The notes under the pieces: model-generated
What the model was told of the DNA's origin: nothing
The model's database searches: none
The model's input: only the letters and a program-made list of their open reading frames with translations
Part shown: in pieces, positions 48,672-57,015 of the stretch
Position numbering within the stretch: the stretch's first letter is position 1
How the letters are laid out: each line of letters begins with the position of its first letter
Translations under genes and position numbers: made by a program
Assembly (NCBI GenBank): GCA_965368975.1
Contig: CBDUPA010000004.1
Span: 1-64,000, forward strand
Length of the DNA stretch: 64,000 nt
Origin: an uncultured bacterium
Lineage (GTDB): Bacteria > Acidobacteriota > Thermoanaerobaculia > Multivoradales > JAHZIX01
Direction of reading: 5' to 3'

Positions 48672-51014
48672 TCAGGGGCGTTCGATCGGGGGTTCCGCCT
48701 GGCGCTGGATGGGTGGCGGTGAGGCATGTGGCGTACTGGGCGCTATCGGTTGCCAGAGCGACAGGCCACCGCTCGACCCTGGTGGCAGAATGTACAGGCG
48801 CTTGCCGTCGAGCACGGCTTCGGTCGTCTCCAGCCACAGCAGGTGCTCCAGGACCCGCCGCTGCTGTGCCACGGCACCCGCGCGCGCCCGGAAACTCTCG
48901 GCTCGACCATCCGCTTCGGCCACCGCGCCGTCGGCCGTGGCTCTGCTCTCTGCCACCACTACCGCCGCCTCGCCGCGTGCTCGCGGCAGCTGGCTGGCGC
49001 TCGCCTGGTGGGCCTGGTGGATCGTGGTTTCTTTGTCTTCCTTGGCTGACGACACGTCGCGGAACCAGTAGACGCTGTCGCCCGGTGGATGGATGTCGAC
49101 GATGCGTACCGCCGTCACCTCGACCCCTACGTCCAGCGCGTCGAGCTTTGTCTGCAGCGCGGCCGCCACCTCGCGTTCCACTTCCGGCCGCGCCACGGTC
49201 AGCAAGTCGTCGATGGTACCCGACGCCAGGTACCGCCGCGCCGCCGCTTCCGCGTACAGCTCCACGAAGTCCTGGCGATGGTCGACGTCGAAGAAGAACT
49301 TGCGCGGCTCGTCCAGCCGGTAGTGCACCGTGAAGCTCATCTCGACCAGGTTCTCGTCGGCGGTGAAGAAGGTCACCTGTTCCGGGTCCGGATTCATCGC
49401 CGCCACGGGGCTGTGCCATTGCTTCGGGTCGCGGAAGCGTGTCAGTTCCTCGCGCCGCTGCAACAGGTCGAGATCCGTTTGAAAACCGACATCTGCCTTG
49501 CGCGGATAGTGCGCCTGTCGGATTTCCAGGCGTGCAAGCGGAGCTGGTGGTACCCAGTGCAGTCCTGGACCGTAGTGTGCCTCCGTCAGCCTGCCGAAGC
49601 GCAGCAAGAAGCCTTCGCCGTCCACAGGCACCATCACGAAACCGCTGGCCAGCCAGGCGGCCAGAACGAGACCGGCCAAGCCGAGCAGTAGCACGCGCCG
49701 CGACGGCCCTCGCACGCCCAGAGTGTCTCGGGCGCCCGAGAAGCCAGCCCGCATCTCGTGCCAGCCCGCGCGCAGCGCTCCGCGCCAGGCACTGGCCAGG
49801 AGCAGCAGCACCATCAGCACGAAACACACCGTTCCGAACACCGTCCAGCCGCCGTCCTCTCCCGCGAGCATCGGCAGTGCGATCTGCCAGCCGAATGCCG
49901 CGATCAGTGCGTCCAGAGCGAGGCCGGACAGGAGCGATCCGAGCACCACCGCGACCAGGTATACCTGGATGAAACGGCGTCCGAAGGTGCGCGTCAAGAG
50001 CACCACGGATGCCGCATTGGTCGCCGGGCCGGCGAGCAAGAACACCAGCGCTGCCCCCGGGCTCAAGCCCTTGGCCATCAACGCCGCCGCAATCGGCGTG
50101 CTGGCCGACGCACACATGTACAGCGGCACTCCGACTACCACCATCAGCAGCATGGGAGCCAGTCCCGATCCGAGCCCACGCTCCGCCAGGTCGGATGGCA
50201 AGACTGCGCTGAGCACGCCGGCGAGCCCGACGCCGATCACGAGCCAAAATGCGAGGTCGTCGAGCAGTTCGCGGAAGCCGTAGCCCAACGCCGGCTTGAT
50301 CACCGGTTTCCACAGCTCAGCCGGAGCCCGTGATGCTGGCTCCTGTTCTGGGGAGGATGCGGGCTCGGTTCCGGAACCGTCTTCGTCCTGCTTGCGCTTG
50401 CGGCGCGGCAGCCAGCGCCACAGTGACGCGAACCACGCTCGCAACGACGCCAGCGCCTCGTCCGAGCGGGAGTAAGCGATGCCGTGGCTGTGATCCTCGC
50501 CGTCGTGGGAGTGGCCGTCCTCGGCGTGCCCGTCGTGCGAGTGGTCACACCCACAGTCGACTTCGTCCGCCGAGGGCGCGCTGCGGGGCGTGCGTCCGCG
50601 GACCGGCAGGTACGCGATCGCCAGGATGCCCCCGATCACAGCCGTGAAGAACGCCGCAATCGGTCGCACGATCGCCATCACCGGCCCCATCAGGCTCCAG
50701 GTGAAGAGGATCGAGTCGACCCCGGACTCCGGTGTCGTGGTGAGGAACGAAAGACTCGCCGCGTCCGAAGCCTTCTTGCGCTTCAACTCCACCGCGATCG
50801 GTACCACGCCGCAGCTGCACACCGGCAACGGCACCCCGATCAACCCCGCCCACACCACGCCGGACATCCCCGGCCGCCCCATCCACCGCTCGATGAAGCG
50901 CGCCGGCAGCAGCACATGGATGAAGCCAGCCATGATCAACCCGAGCAGCAGGAACGGTGCTGCCAGGTACAGCATGTTGACGGCTTCGACCAGGATGGAG
51001 ATGAGTAGCTGCAT
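48672..51014 (-). CDS. Fusion: SO_0444/ArsP-like (DUF318) metal permease with His-rich loop plus HflK-like SPFH domain
   Basis: GVPLPVCSCGVVP and GVPLYMCASASTP repeats, GPATN, loop CGCDHSHDGHAEDGHSHDGEDHSH, then LLRFG, PGLHWVPP, TADENLVE, FRDVSSA, ARGEA in one frame. Confidence 0.85.
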   Translation of the reverse strand: MQLLISILVEAVNMLYLAAPFLLLGLIMAGFIHVLLPARFIERWMGRPGMSGVVWAGLIGVPLPVCSCGVVPIAVELKRKKASDAASLSFLTTTPESGVDSILFTWSLMGPVMAIVRPIAAFFTAVIGGILAIAYLPVRGRTPRSAPSADEVDCGCDHSHDGHAEDGHSHDGEDHSHGIAYSRSDEALASLRAWFASLWRWLPRRKRKQDEDGSGTEPASSPEQEPASRAPAELWKPVIKPALGYGFRELLDDLAFWLVIGVGLAGVLSAVLPSDLAERGLGSGLAPMLLMVVVGVPLYMCASASTPIAAALMAKGLSPGAALVFLLAGPATNAASVVLLTRTFGRRFIQVYLVAVVLGSLLSGLALDALIAAFGWQIALPMLAGEDGGWTVFGTVCFVLMVLLLLASAWRGALRAGWHEMRAGFSGARDTLGVRGPSRRVLLLGLAGLVLAAWLASGFVMVPVDGEGFLLRFGRLTEAHYGPGLHWVPPAPLARLEIRQAHYPRKADVGFQTDLDLLQRREELTRFRDPKQWHSPVAAMNPDPEQVTFFTADENLVEMSFTVHYRLDEPRKFFFDVDHRQDFVELYAEAAARRYLASGTIDDLLTVARPEVEREVAAALQTKLDALDVGVEVTAVRIVDIHPPGDSVYWFRDVSSAKEDKETTIHQAHQASASQLPRARGEAAVVVAESRATADGAVAEADGRAESFRARAGAVAQQRRVLEHLLWLETTEAVLDGKRLYILPPGSSGGLSLWQPIAPSTPHASPPPIQRQAEPPIERP

Positions 51015-51083
51015 GGCTCGCGTCCGCAAGGGCGGATAGCGACGTTATCATGGGGCTTGGAGAGCGTTACCTGCTGGAGACAG

Positions 51084-52544
51084 CTATCCGCCCAGCTCCC
51101 CCGTCACCTCGACCGTCTCCCCAGCTACCACCTCGACGTCCAGCTCTCGCTCCGGAGCCCCATCCCGGCGGATCGCCTTGATCGTGACGCGATAACGTCC
51201 CGGTGTCAGCGTGAAGGTCTTCGGGTTGCTGTTGGCGCTGGTGTAGGTTCGGCCTTGCGCGACGGGCTTTCCGGACGCGGCGTCCAGGACGTGGACGGCT
51301 GCGTCGACGAGTTCGGCGCCTACTGTGGCCCCGACCTTCAGCGTGCCGCTGGCGAATCGATGCTCCAGCTCGACGCGCTCGCCGGCCACGGAGACGCCTT
51401 CGAAGCGGTACGTCGGTTTGCCGGAGATCGACACAGAGGCGACCTCGATGTCGTAGGTGCCGGCTTCGAGTCGGAAGACGCGCGGGTTCGTGTTGCTGGC
51501 GGTGTAGGTGCGGCCGGCGGCCACTTGCTTGGTCGTGCCGGCTTGCAGCACGCGGACGGTGGCGTCGCCGAGGTCGCTGTTCTGGTGGACCAACACGGAC
51601 AGTTCGCCGGTGCTGAAGTCGAGTACCTTCTCGACTGTCTCGCCGTCGGCCACGGTGATCTTGAACTCGCGCTGAGGACCGCCGTTGATGCTAACGGCTC
51701 TGGCGACCACGTTGTAGGTGCCCGCGGGCAGCGGCAGGATGCGGGGGTTCGTCTCGGCGTGAGTGTAGGTGCGGCCGCCGGCGATGTCTTCGCCGGTGTC
51801 GGCGTGGGTGACATGGACGCTGACGTCGACGAGTTCGCCGTCCGCGATCGCCTTGAGGGAGAGGGCGCTGGTGGCGGCTTCGTCCTGGACTTCGACGGCT
51901 CGATCGAGGGCGGCGCTCAGCTCTTCGGCGTTGCCGGCGTCGAGGTAGAGACCGCCACCGGCTTGGGCGGCACACTCCAGGGACGATACGTCCTCGCCCT
52001 GGACGTCGAAGCCGACGACGTGCAGCACGATCTCGACGCCAGCCGCGCGCGCGTCGCGCACCAGCTTGCAGGGATCACCGCCGCAGGTCTCGAGGCCGTC
52101 GCTGACCAGGATGAGCGTGGCTCCCTCCGAGGTGCCCGAGCGGACGAGATCGATGCCCTGCTGCAGGGAAGCGGTGATCGGAGTCTTGCCCTTGGGGTTG
52201 AGGCCTTCGACTTGCGCGGTCAACGCCGCCCGATCCAGCGGACCGGGGGCAGTCAGGGTCTCGACGTCGGCGCAGTCCCCCTCGCGGCGGTGACCGTAGG
52301 CGATCAGTCCGACTTGGGTGTCGTCGGGCAGTTCGCTGATCAATTCACCAAGCACTTGCCGCGCGATGACGATCTTGTTGACGCCGTCGATCTGGCCCCA
52401 CATGGAGCCGGAGGCGTCGAGGATCAGGACCAGGTCGTCGCTGTGTGGTGTGCCGGCTTGGGCCTCGGCCCGTGGAGCCAGGAGGGTGGCGAAGACGAGC
52501 AGGCCGAGAATCAGTCTGCTCCGGAAGAGCGAGTTATGGATCAT
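51084..52544 (-). CDS. Secreted VWA-domain protein with three C-terminal beta-sandwich repeats
   Basis: Signal peptide, MIDAS LILDASGSM, SDGLETCGGDPC, three repeats of GRTYTxxxxNPx..LxxGxY. Confidence 0.85.
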   Translation of the reverse strand: MIHNSLFRSRLILGLLVFATLLAPRAEAQAGTPHSDDLVLILDASGSMWGQIDGVNKIVIARQVLGELISELPDDTQVGLIAYGHRREGDCADVETLTAPGPLDRAALTAQVEGLNPKGKTPITASLQQGIDLVRSGTSEGATLILVSDGLETCGGDPCKLVRDARAAGVEIVLHVVGFDVQGEDVSSLECAAQAGGGLYLDAGNAEELSAALDRAVEVQDEAATSALSLKAIADGELVDVSVHVTHADTGEDIAGGRTYTHAETNPRILPLPAGTYNVVARAVSINGGPQREFKITVADGETVEKVLDFSTGELSVLVHQNSDLGDATVRVLQAGTTKQVAAGRTYTASNTNPRVFRLEAGTYDIEVASVSISGKPTYRFEGVSVAGERVELEHRFASGTLKVGATVGAELVDAAVHVLDAASGKPVAQGRTYTSANSNPKTFTLTPGRYRVTIKAIRRDGAPERELDVEVVAGETVEVTGELGG

Positions 52545-52620
52545 CGAGAACCTCCCTACGAAAATCATGGATTTGGTAGGTTGATTCTACCCAAGGTCCG
52601 CGACTCCGACATCCTGCCCT

Positions 52621-52655
52621 GAAAACAGAAACGACCCGGACAGTGCCGGGTCGTT
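52621..52655 (-). terminator. Intrinsic terminator after rpsN
   Basis: AACGACCCGG/CCGGGTCGTT stem followed by TCTGTTTTC on the minus strand. Confidence 0.75.
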
Positions 52656-52693
52656 GGTGTCAGCCGCGTGGGCAGCGCAGGGGAGCTGAGAAC

Positions 52694-52999
52694 TTACCAG
52701 CTGGCCTTGATGATGCCGGGCAGGTAGCCCTCGAGTGCCAGCTCGCGCAGCGCGATACGGGAGAGGCCGAACTTGCGGTAGAAGGCGCGCGGGCGGCCGG
52801 TCACGGCGCAACGGTTGCGCACGCGGGTGGCGCTGGAGTTGCGCGGCATCTTCTGCAATCGGACCATGGCGCCTTCGCGCTCTTCCTCGGTGCGGTTCGG
52901 GTCGGAAATGACCTGCTTGAGCTCCTGGCGGAGGTCCCAGTTGCGCTTCGCGAGCCGCTTGCGCTTGTTGTTCTGTGCGATCTTGGCTTTGGTCGCCAT
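52694..52999 (-). CDS. rpsN: 30S ribosomal protein S14, 101-aa zinc-independent (C-) form
   Basis: [37 protein letters not shown]...PGIIKASW; only one Cys. Confidence 0.95.
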   Translation of the reverse strand: MATKAKIAQNNKRKRLAKRNWDLRQELKQVISDPNRTEEEREGAMVRLQKMPRNSSATRVRNRCAVTGRPRAFYRKFGLSRIALRELALEGYLPGIIKASW

Positions 53000-53023
53000 G
53001 TGAATCTTGCTCCTTGGTTCTTC

Positions 53024-53097
53024 TCGCCGCCGCGATACTGACGTAGTGGGTATCGCCTCCGCGATCCTGACTTACTGGGTATCGCCTCCGCGATACT
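53024..53097. repeat. Three degenerate 29-bp-period repeats spanning the rpmE2 3' end and rpsN leader
   Basis: TCGCC(G/T)CCGCGAT at 53024, 53053 and 53082. TGGGTATCGCCTCCGCGAT is exact at 53047 and 53076. Confidence 0.8.
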
Positions 53098-53323
53098 TGC
53101 GCTTGAACTTCTCGATTCGACCCGCGGTGTCCACGAAGCGTTGCTGGCCCGTGAAGAAGGGGTGCGAGGCCGAAGAGATTTCGAGCCGGATCACGTAGTG
53201 GTCGACGCCGTCGATGTTGCGCACTTCCTCGCTGGTCATCGTCGAACGGCTGGCGAACTCGAAGTCGACACTGTGGTCGACGAAGAGAACCGGGTGGTAG
53301 TCCGGGTGAATTTCTGGCTTCAT
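53072..53323 (-). CDS. rpmE2: 50S ribosomal protein L31 type B (zinc-free)
   Basis: [16 protein letters not shown]...[12 protein letters not shown]...[13 protein letters not shown]; no Cys. Confidence 0.95.
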   Translation of the reverse strand: MKPEIHPDYHPVLFVDHSVDFEFASRSTMTSEEVRNIDGVDHYVIRLEISSASHPFFTGQQRFVDTAGRIEKFKRKYRGGDTQ

Positions 53324-53404
53324 CGTGGGTTCCTGCTCTTCTTGGTTGGTGGCTCTTACGGGCGGGAGAGCCACGAGAGGGCGAACTCCGGCCGCAGACT
53401 GCGC

Positions 53405-53433
53405 ACATTAACCCAGGGGTGGAGTGCTGTCAA
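53405..53433 (-). promoter_or_regulatory. Sigma70-type promoter of rpmE2-rpsN
   Basis: Minus strand TTGACA-N17-TAATGT. Confidence 0.65.
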
Positions 53434-53490
53434 GGGTGCACCGGGCTGTCCTGCGCGCTTCATGGTGAGCGCAGGATACAATCTTGAACC

Positions 53491-53850
53491 ATGCTCACGA
53501 TACCCCCCGGCTCGATCGTCATTCTGCACCTGGTCAACCCGACCGAGAAGGTCTGGGGCCTGCTCGGAGAGTTGGGACTGCACGGCGTGACGATCCGCGG
53601 GATCAGCGTCAACAGCTTCGACGATTGGGTGGCGCAGGCGGTGCGAGAGGACGAGCCGCGGACGCTCGACCTGGTGACGGTGTTCTTGCCGTTGTTCCGG
53701 CTCGAGAAGATGTACTTGGATGAGCCGGTGGGGGTGGTGGAGAGCTACCAGGAGCGCTTCGAGAAGAGAGTCGGTGTGTCGGTGACGGAGTTTCTGGGAT
53801 TGGAGAGGGTGCTCTCGGTGTCCGATGCGGACTCGCAGTTACCGTCCTGA
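53491..53850 (+). CDS. Hypothetical protein (119 aa)
   Basis: Clean ORF with genome-typical codon usage and GCAGGA upstream; beta-rich N-terminus. Confidence 0.7.
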   Translation: MLTIPPGSIVILHLVNPTEKVWGLLGELGLHGVTIRGISVNSFDDWVAQAVREDEPRTLDLVTVFLPLFRLEKMYLDEPVGVVESYQERFEKRVGVSVTEFLGLERVLSVSDADSQLPS

Positions 53851-53885
53851 AGTAAGAGAGTCGGCCTGAACCCAGGACGAAGAAG

Positions 53886-53927
53886 CCCCATTCCGCATGC
53901 CCGGGAGGGGAGGTCAGCGGAATGGGG
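53886..53927. terminator. Hairpin between convergent genes
   Basis: CCCCATTCCGC ... GCGGAATGGGG inverted repeat. Confidence 0.5.
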
Positions 53928-53972
53928 GTGGTGTCGGGAGCGGGTGGCTCCCGCGGACGTCAGAAGCAGGCT

Positions 53973-54434
53973 TCAGGCGATCTCGACCTTGCGCGGCTTG
54001 GCCTCGGCGGCCTTCGGTAGGGCGACGGTGAGGACGCCGTTCTGGAACGAAGCTTGGATGGCGCCGGCGTCGATCTGGTTGGGCAGCTGGAAGGAGCGAG
54101 TGAACTTGCCGTACAGCCGCTCGATGCGCCGGAAACCTTTGTTGGTGCCGGCGTCGGCGAACTTTCGCTCGCCGCTCAGGGTGAGCACGTTGTCCTCGAA
54201 GGTGAGATCGATGTCCTTCTTGGTCATGCCGGGCAGGTCAGCGTGCAGTTCGAAGCCGTCCTCGGTCTCGCGGAAGTCGACCGGGGGTGCCCAGGAACGC
54301 TCGTTGGCGGTAGCGAGGTTGCGCGGTTCGAGGCCGGCGTTGTTGAAGCCGGCGTTGTTGAGAAAGGTGTCGGCGAACATTTCGAACGGTTCGAATTCGC
54401 GACGGAGTGGGGTCCACTGGATCAGGCTGGCCAT
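53973..54434 (-). CDS. Hsp20/alpha-crystallin small heat-shock protein
   Basis: PPVDFRET, ADLPGM, LTLSGER, ERLYGKFTRSF, NGVLTVALPK, terminal VEI. Confidence 0.95.
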   Translation of the reverse strand: MASLIQWTPLRREFEPFEMFADTFLNNAGFNNAGLEPRNLATANERSWAPPVDFRETEDGFELHADLPGMTKKDIDLTFEDNVLTLSGERKFADAGTNKGFRRIERLYGKFTRSFQLPNQIDAGAIQASFQNGVLTVALPKAAEAKPRKVEIA

Positions 54435-54498
54435 ATCTCGATTCCTCCTGGTGGGTGCTTTGTAGCGGGTGTCGTCTCTCGAGTCGTTGGGAGCCTGG

Positions 54499-54526
54499 CC
54501 GCAGCAGCCAGGGTTGGCTGCTGCGG
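54499..54526. other. Perfect 12-bp intergenic hairpin between the hsp20 genes
   Basis: CCGCAGCAGCCA-GGGT-TGGCTGCTGCGG, with no U-tract. Confidence 0.7.
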
Positions 54527-54552
54527 GTGGCTCTGCTCGCGGGCTGATCTGT

Positions 54553-55011
54553 TCAGCTGATGCTCAGCTTTCGCGGTTGGGCCTCAGCCGATTTCGGCAG
54601 GGTGACGGTGAGGACGCCGTCTTTGAAGCTGGCCTTGATGCCATCGGCATCAATGTGGGTCGGCACGCGGAAGGAACGGGTGAACTTGCCGTACGAGCGC
54701 TCGATGCGCCGGAAGCCCTTGTCCTCGGTCTTCTCTTCGACGCGGCGCTCACCGTTGAGGGTGAGGACGTTGTCCTCGAAGGTCAGCTCGACATCCTTCT
54801 TGGTCATGCCGGGCAGGTCGGCGTGCAGTTCGAAGGCGGAATCGGTCTCCCGGATGTCGGTGCTGGGGACCCAGCTGCCGCTGTCGGTAGCCAGTGCCGG
54901 TGAGCCTTCGAGGAAGCGGTTGAAGAACCGGTCTGCAAAGGAGCCGAACAGCTGGTCAACCGGGGAGAACGACGGGGTCTGGGTGGTTTGACGGGTCAAT
55001 GCGGTGGACAT
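54553..55011 (-). CDS. Hsp20/alpha-crystallin small heat-shock protein
   Basis: ADLPGM, ERSYGKFTRSF, DGVLTVTLPK; RBS AAGGAG before ATG 55011. Confidence 0.95.
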   Translation of the reverse strand: MSTALTRQTTQTPSFSPVDQLFGSFADRFFNRFLEGSPALATDSGSWVPSTDIRETDSAFELHADLPGMTKKDVELTFEDNVLTLNGERRVEEKTEDKGFRRIERSYGKFTRSFRVPTHIDADGIKASFKDGVLTVTLPKSAEAQPRKLSIS

Positions 55012-55168
55012 GGTGTTTCTCCTTCTTGGCTTGCGTTCCGATGCCGTCCCGCCGGTTGGCCCTTTCTGGTTGGCCTCTTCTGGTTGGCGGGCCCGGCTCG
55101 GACGAATTGACATTCAAAGCGCCAGGACCTGAGTAATTCTCGCTAAGCAGTTCGTCCTGGCAAGAGAG

Positions 55169-55196
55169 ATCTTAGCATCCACCTCTTAGATGTCAA
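55169..55196 (-). promoter_or_regulatory. hsp20 promoter overlapped by a CIRCE-like inverted repeat
   Basis: Minus strand TTGACA-N16-TAAGAT with TG extension. Plus strand TTAGCATC-N9-GATGTCAA. Confidence 0.55.
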
Positions 55197-55283
55197 CCCC
55201 TCCTTGTTAGATTCTCGTATATCTGAGTGTTGGGTGTGTAGATTTCTGGCTCGACACTTCCAGCTCGTTGGATTTCGGGCACG

Positions 55284-55308
55284 AAAAAGGCGCCCTTGCG
55301 GGCGCCTT
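55284..55308 (-). terminator. Intrinsic terminator after the aldehyde dehydrogenase
   Basis: GGCGCCC stem with a GCAA loop and TTTTT tail on the minus strand. Confidence 0.85.
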
Positions 55309-55335
55309 GAAGCGAAGCGGGGGATAGGTGCGGTG

Positions 55336-56865
55336 TCAGACGTCGAAGGAGACGCCTTGCGCCAGAGGCAGGTCAGCGCCCCAATTGATGGTGTTGGTCT
55401 GGCGGCGCATGTAGGCCTTCCAGCTGTCGGAGCCGGCTTCGCGGCCGCCGCCGGTGTCCTTCTCGCCGCCGAAGGCGCCGCCGATCTCGGCGCCGGAGGT
55501 GCCGATGTTGACGTTGGCAATGCCGCAGTCGCTGCCGGTGGCTGCCAGGAAGCGTTCGGCGGTGCGCAGGTTGAGGGTGAAGATGGCCGACGATAGACCC
55601 TGCGGTACGGCGTTGTGCATCGCCATGACGTCTTCGAACTCGTCGAACTCGAAGATGTAGAGGATCGGCGCGAAGGTCTCGTCGCAGGTGATCGGCAGTA
55701 CTTGGTCGACCTCGACAATGGTCGGCTCGACGTAGAAGCCGGCGCGGTCGAGAACCTTGCCGCCACACAGCACGCGGCCACCCTGCTCCTGGGCCGTGGC
55801 GATGGCCGCCTGCATGCTGTCCACTGCGCGCTGGTTGATCAGCGGCCCCATGAGGGTCGAGGGATCGAGCGGGTCACCAACGCGGATCGAGCCGTAGGCC
55901 TTGACCAGCTTCTGCTTCAGTTCGGCGGCGATGCCGCGCTGCAGGAACAGGCGTCGGGTGCTGGTGCAGCGCTGGCCGGCGGTGCCGGCGGCGCCGAACA
56001 GGATGCCGCGCAGTGCCAGGTCGAGATCGGCGTCGTCCATGACGATCAGGCCGTTGTTGCCGCCCAATTCGAGCAGGGTACGGCCCAGGCGCTGGGCGAC
56101 GGCGGCGCCGACTTCGCGTCCCATGCGTACCGAACCGGTGGCGGAGATCAGCGGCAAGCGGCGGTCGTCGACCAAGGTCTTGCCGACCTCGTCGGCGCCG
56201 GCCACCAGTAGGTTGAAGATAGCTGGTGCCTTGGCCTCCTCGAGGACCTTCTGGGCGATGCGTGTCACGGCCAGCGAGGTCAGTGGTGCCTCGGGCGACG
56301 GCTTCCAGATCATCGAGTCACCGCAGACGGCGGCGATGCAGGAGTTCCAGGCCCACACGGCGACCGGGAAGTTGAAGGCCGAGATGATGCCGATCGGGCC
56401 CAGTGGGTGCCATTGCTCGTACATGCGGTGCTGCGGCCGCTCGGAATGCATGGTCTTGCCGAAGAGCTGGCGCGACAGGCCGACAGCGAGGTCGGCGATG
56501 TCGATCATCTCCTGCACTTCGCCCATGCCCTCGGACAGGATCTTGCCGACTTCCAGGGTCACCAGGCGGCCGAGTGGGTCCTTGTACTCGCGCAGCGCTT
56601 CACCCAGCTTGCGGATCACTTCGCCGCGCGCTGGCGCTGGCCAGGTGCGCCACTCCTCGAAGGCGCAGATACTGCTCTGGACGACCTGCTCGTAGGTGTC
56701 CATGGTGGCCAGGCGGACGCTGGCGATGACGTCGCCGGTGCTCGGGTCGACAGAGTCGATGCGCTCGCCGGTGGTTTCGATCCAGCTGCCGTCGAAGGCG
56801 CCGGGGTTGTCGGCTTTCAGGTCGAAGGTCTCGAGTAGGCCTCGGATGTCACGGCTGTCACTCAT
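55336..56865 (-). CDS. Aldehyde dehydrogenase, ALDH7 (alpha-aminoadipic semialdehyde / piperideine-6-carboxylate dehydrogenase)
   Basis: GEVQEMID, SAFNFPVAVWAWN, LELGGNN, GTAGQRCT, GSDCGIANVNIGTSGAEIGGAFGGEK, LPLAQG. Confidence 0.92.
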   Translation of the reverse strand: MSDSRDIRGLLETFDLKADNPGAFDGSWIETTGERIDSVDPSTGDVIASVRLATMDTYEQVVQSSICAFEEWRTWPAPARGEVIRKLGEALREYKDPLGRLVTLEVGKILSEGMGEVQEMIDIADLAVGLSRQLFGKTMHSERPQHRMYEQWHPLGPIGIISAFNFPVAVWAWNSCIAAVCGDSMIWKPSPEAPLTSLAVTRIAQKVLEEAKAPAIFNLLVAGADEVGKTLVDDRRLPLISATGSVRMGREVGAAVAQRLGRTLLELGGNNGLIVMDDADLDLALRGILFGAAGTAGQRCTSTRRLFLQRGIAAELKQKLVKAYGSIRVGDPLDPSTLMGPLINQRAVDSMQAAIATAQEQGGRVLCGGKVLDRAGFYVEPTIVEVDQVLPITCDETFAPILYIFEFDEFEDVMAMHNAVPQGLSSAIFTLNLRTAERFLAATGSDCGIANVNIGTSGAEIGGAFGGEKDTGGGREAGSDSWKAYMRRQTNTINWGADLPLAQGVSFDV

Positions 56866-57015
56866 GGCGTTCTCCTCGCGGCGCGAGTCTGCGGGGTCCG
56901 ACTCGGGCTGCTATGCATCTGGTTCCTGTGGAACATCGTTGGGTAAGCGTCGCAAACGCGGCGTGCGGGCCGCGGGACGGGGTTTGGTCGGGGCGGGTTG
57001 GTGACGCAGCCGTGT

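Noticed and set aside
53418-53430. CIRCE half-site (AGCACTC) in the rpmE2 promoter
   Set aside because: No matching second arm at 9-nt spacing.
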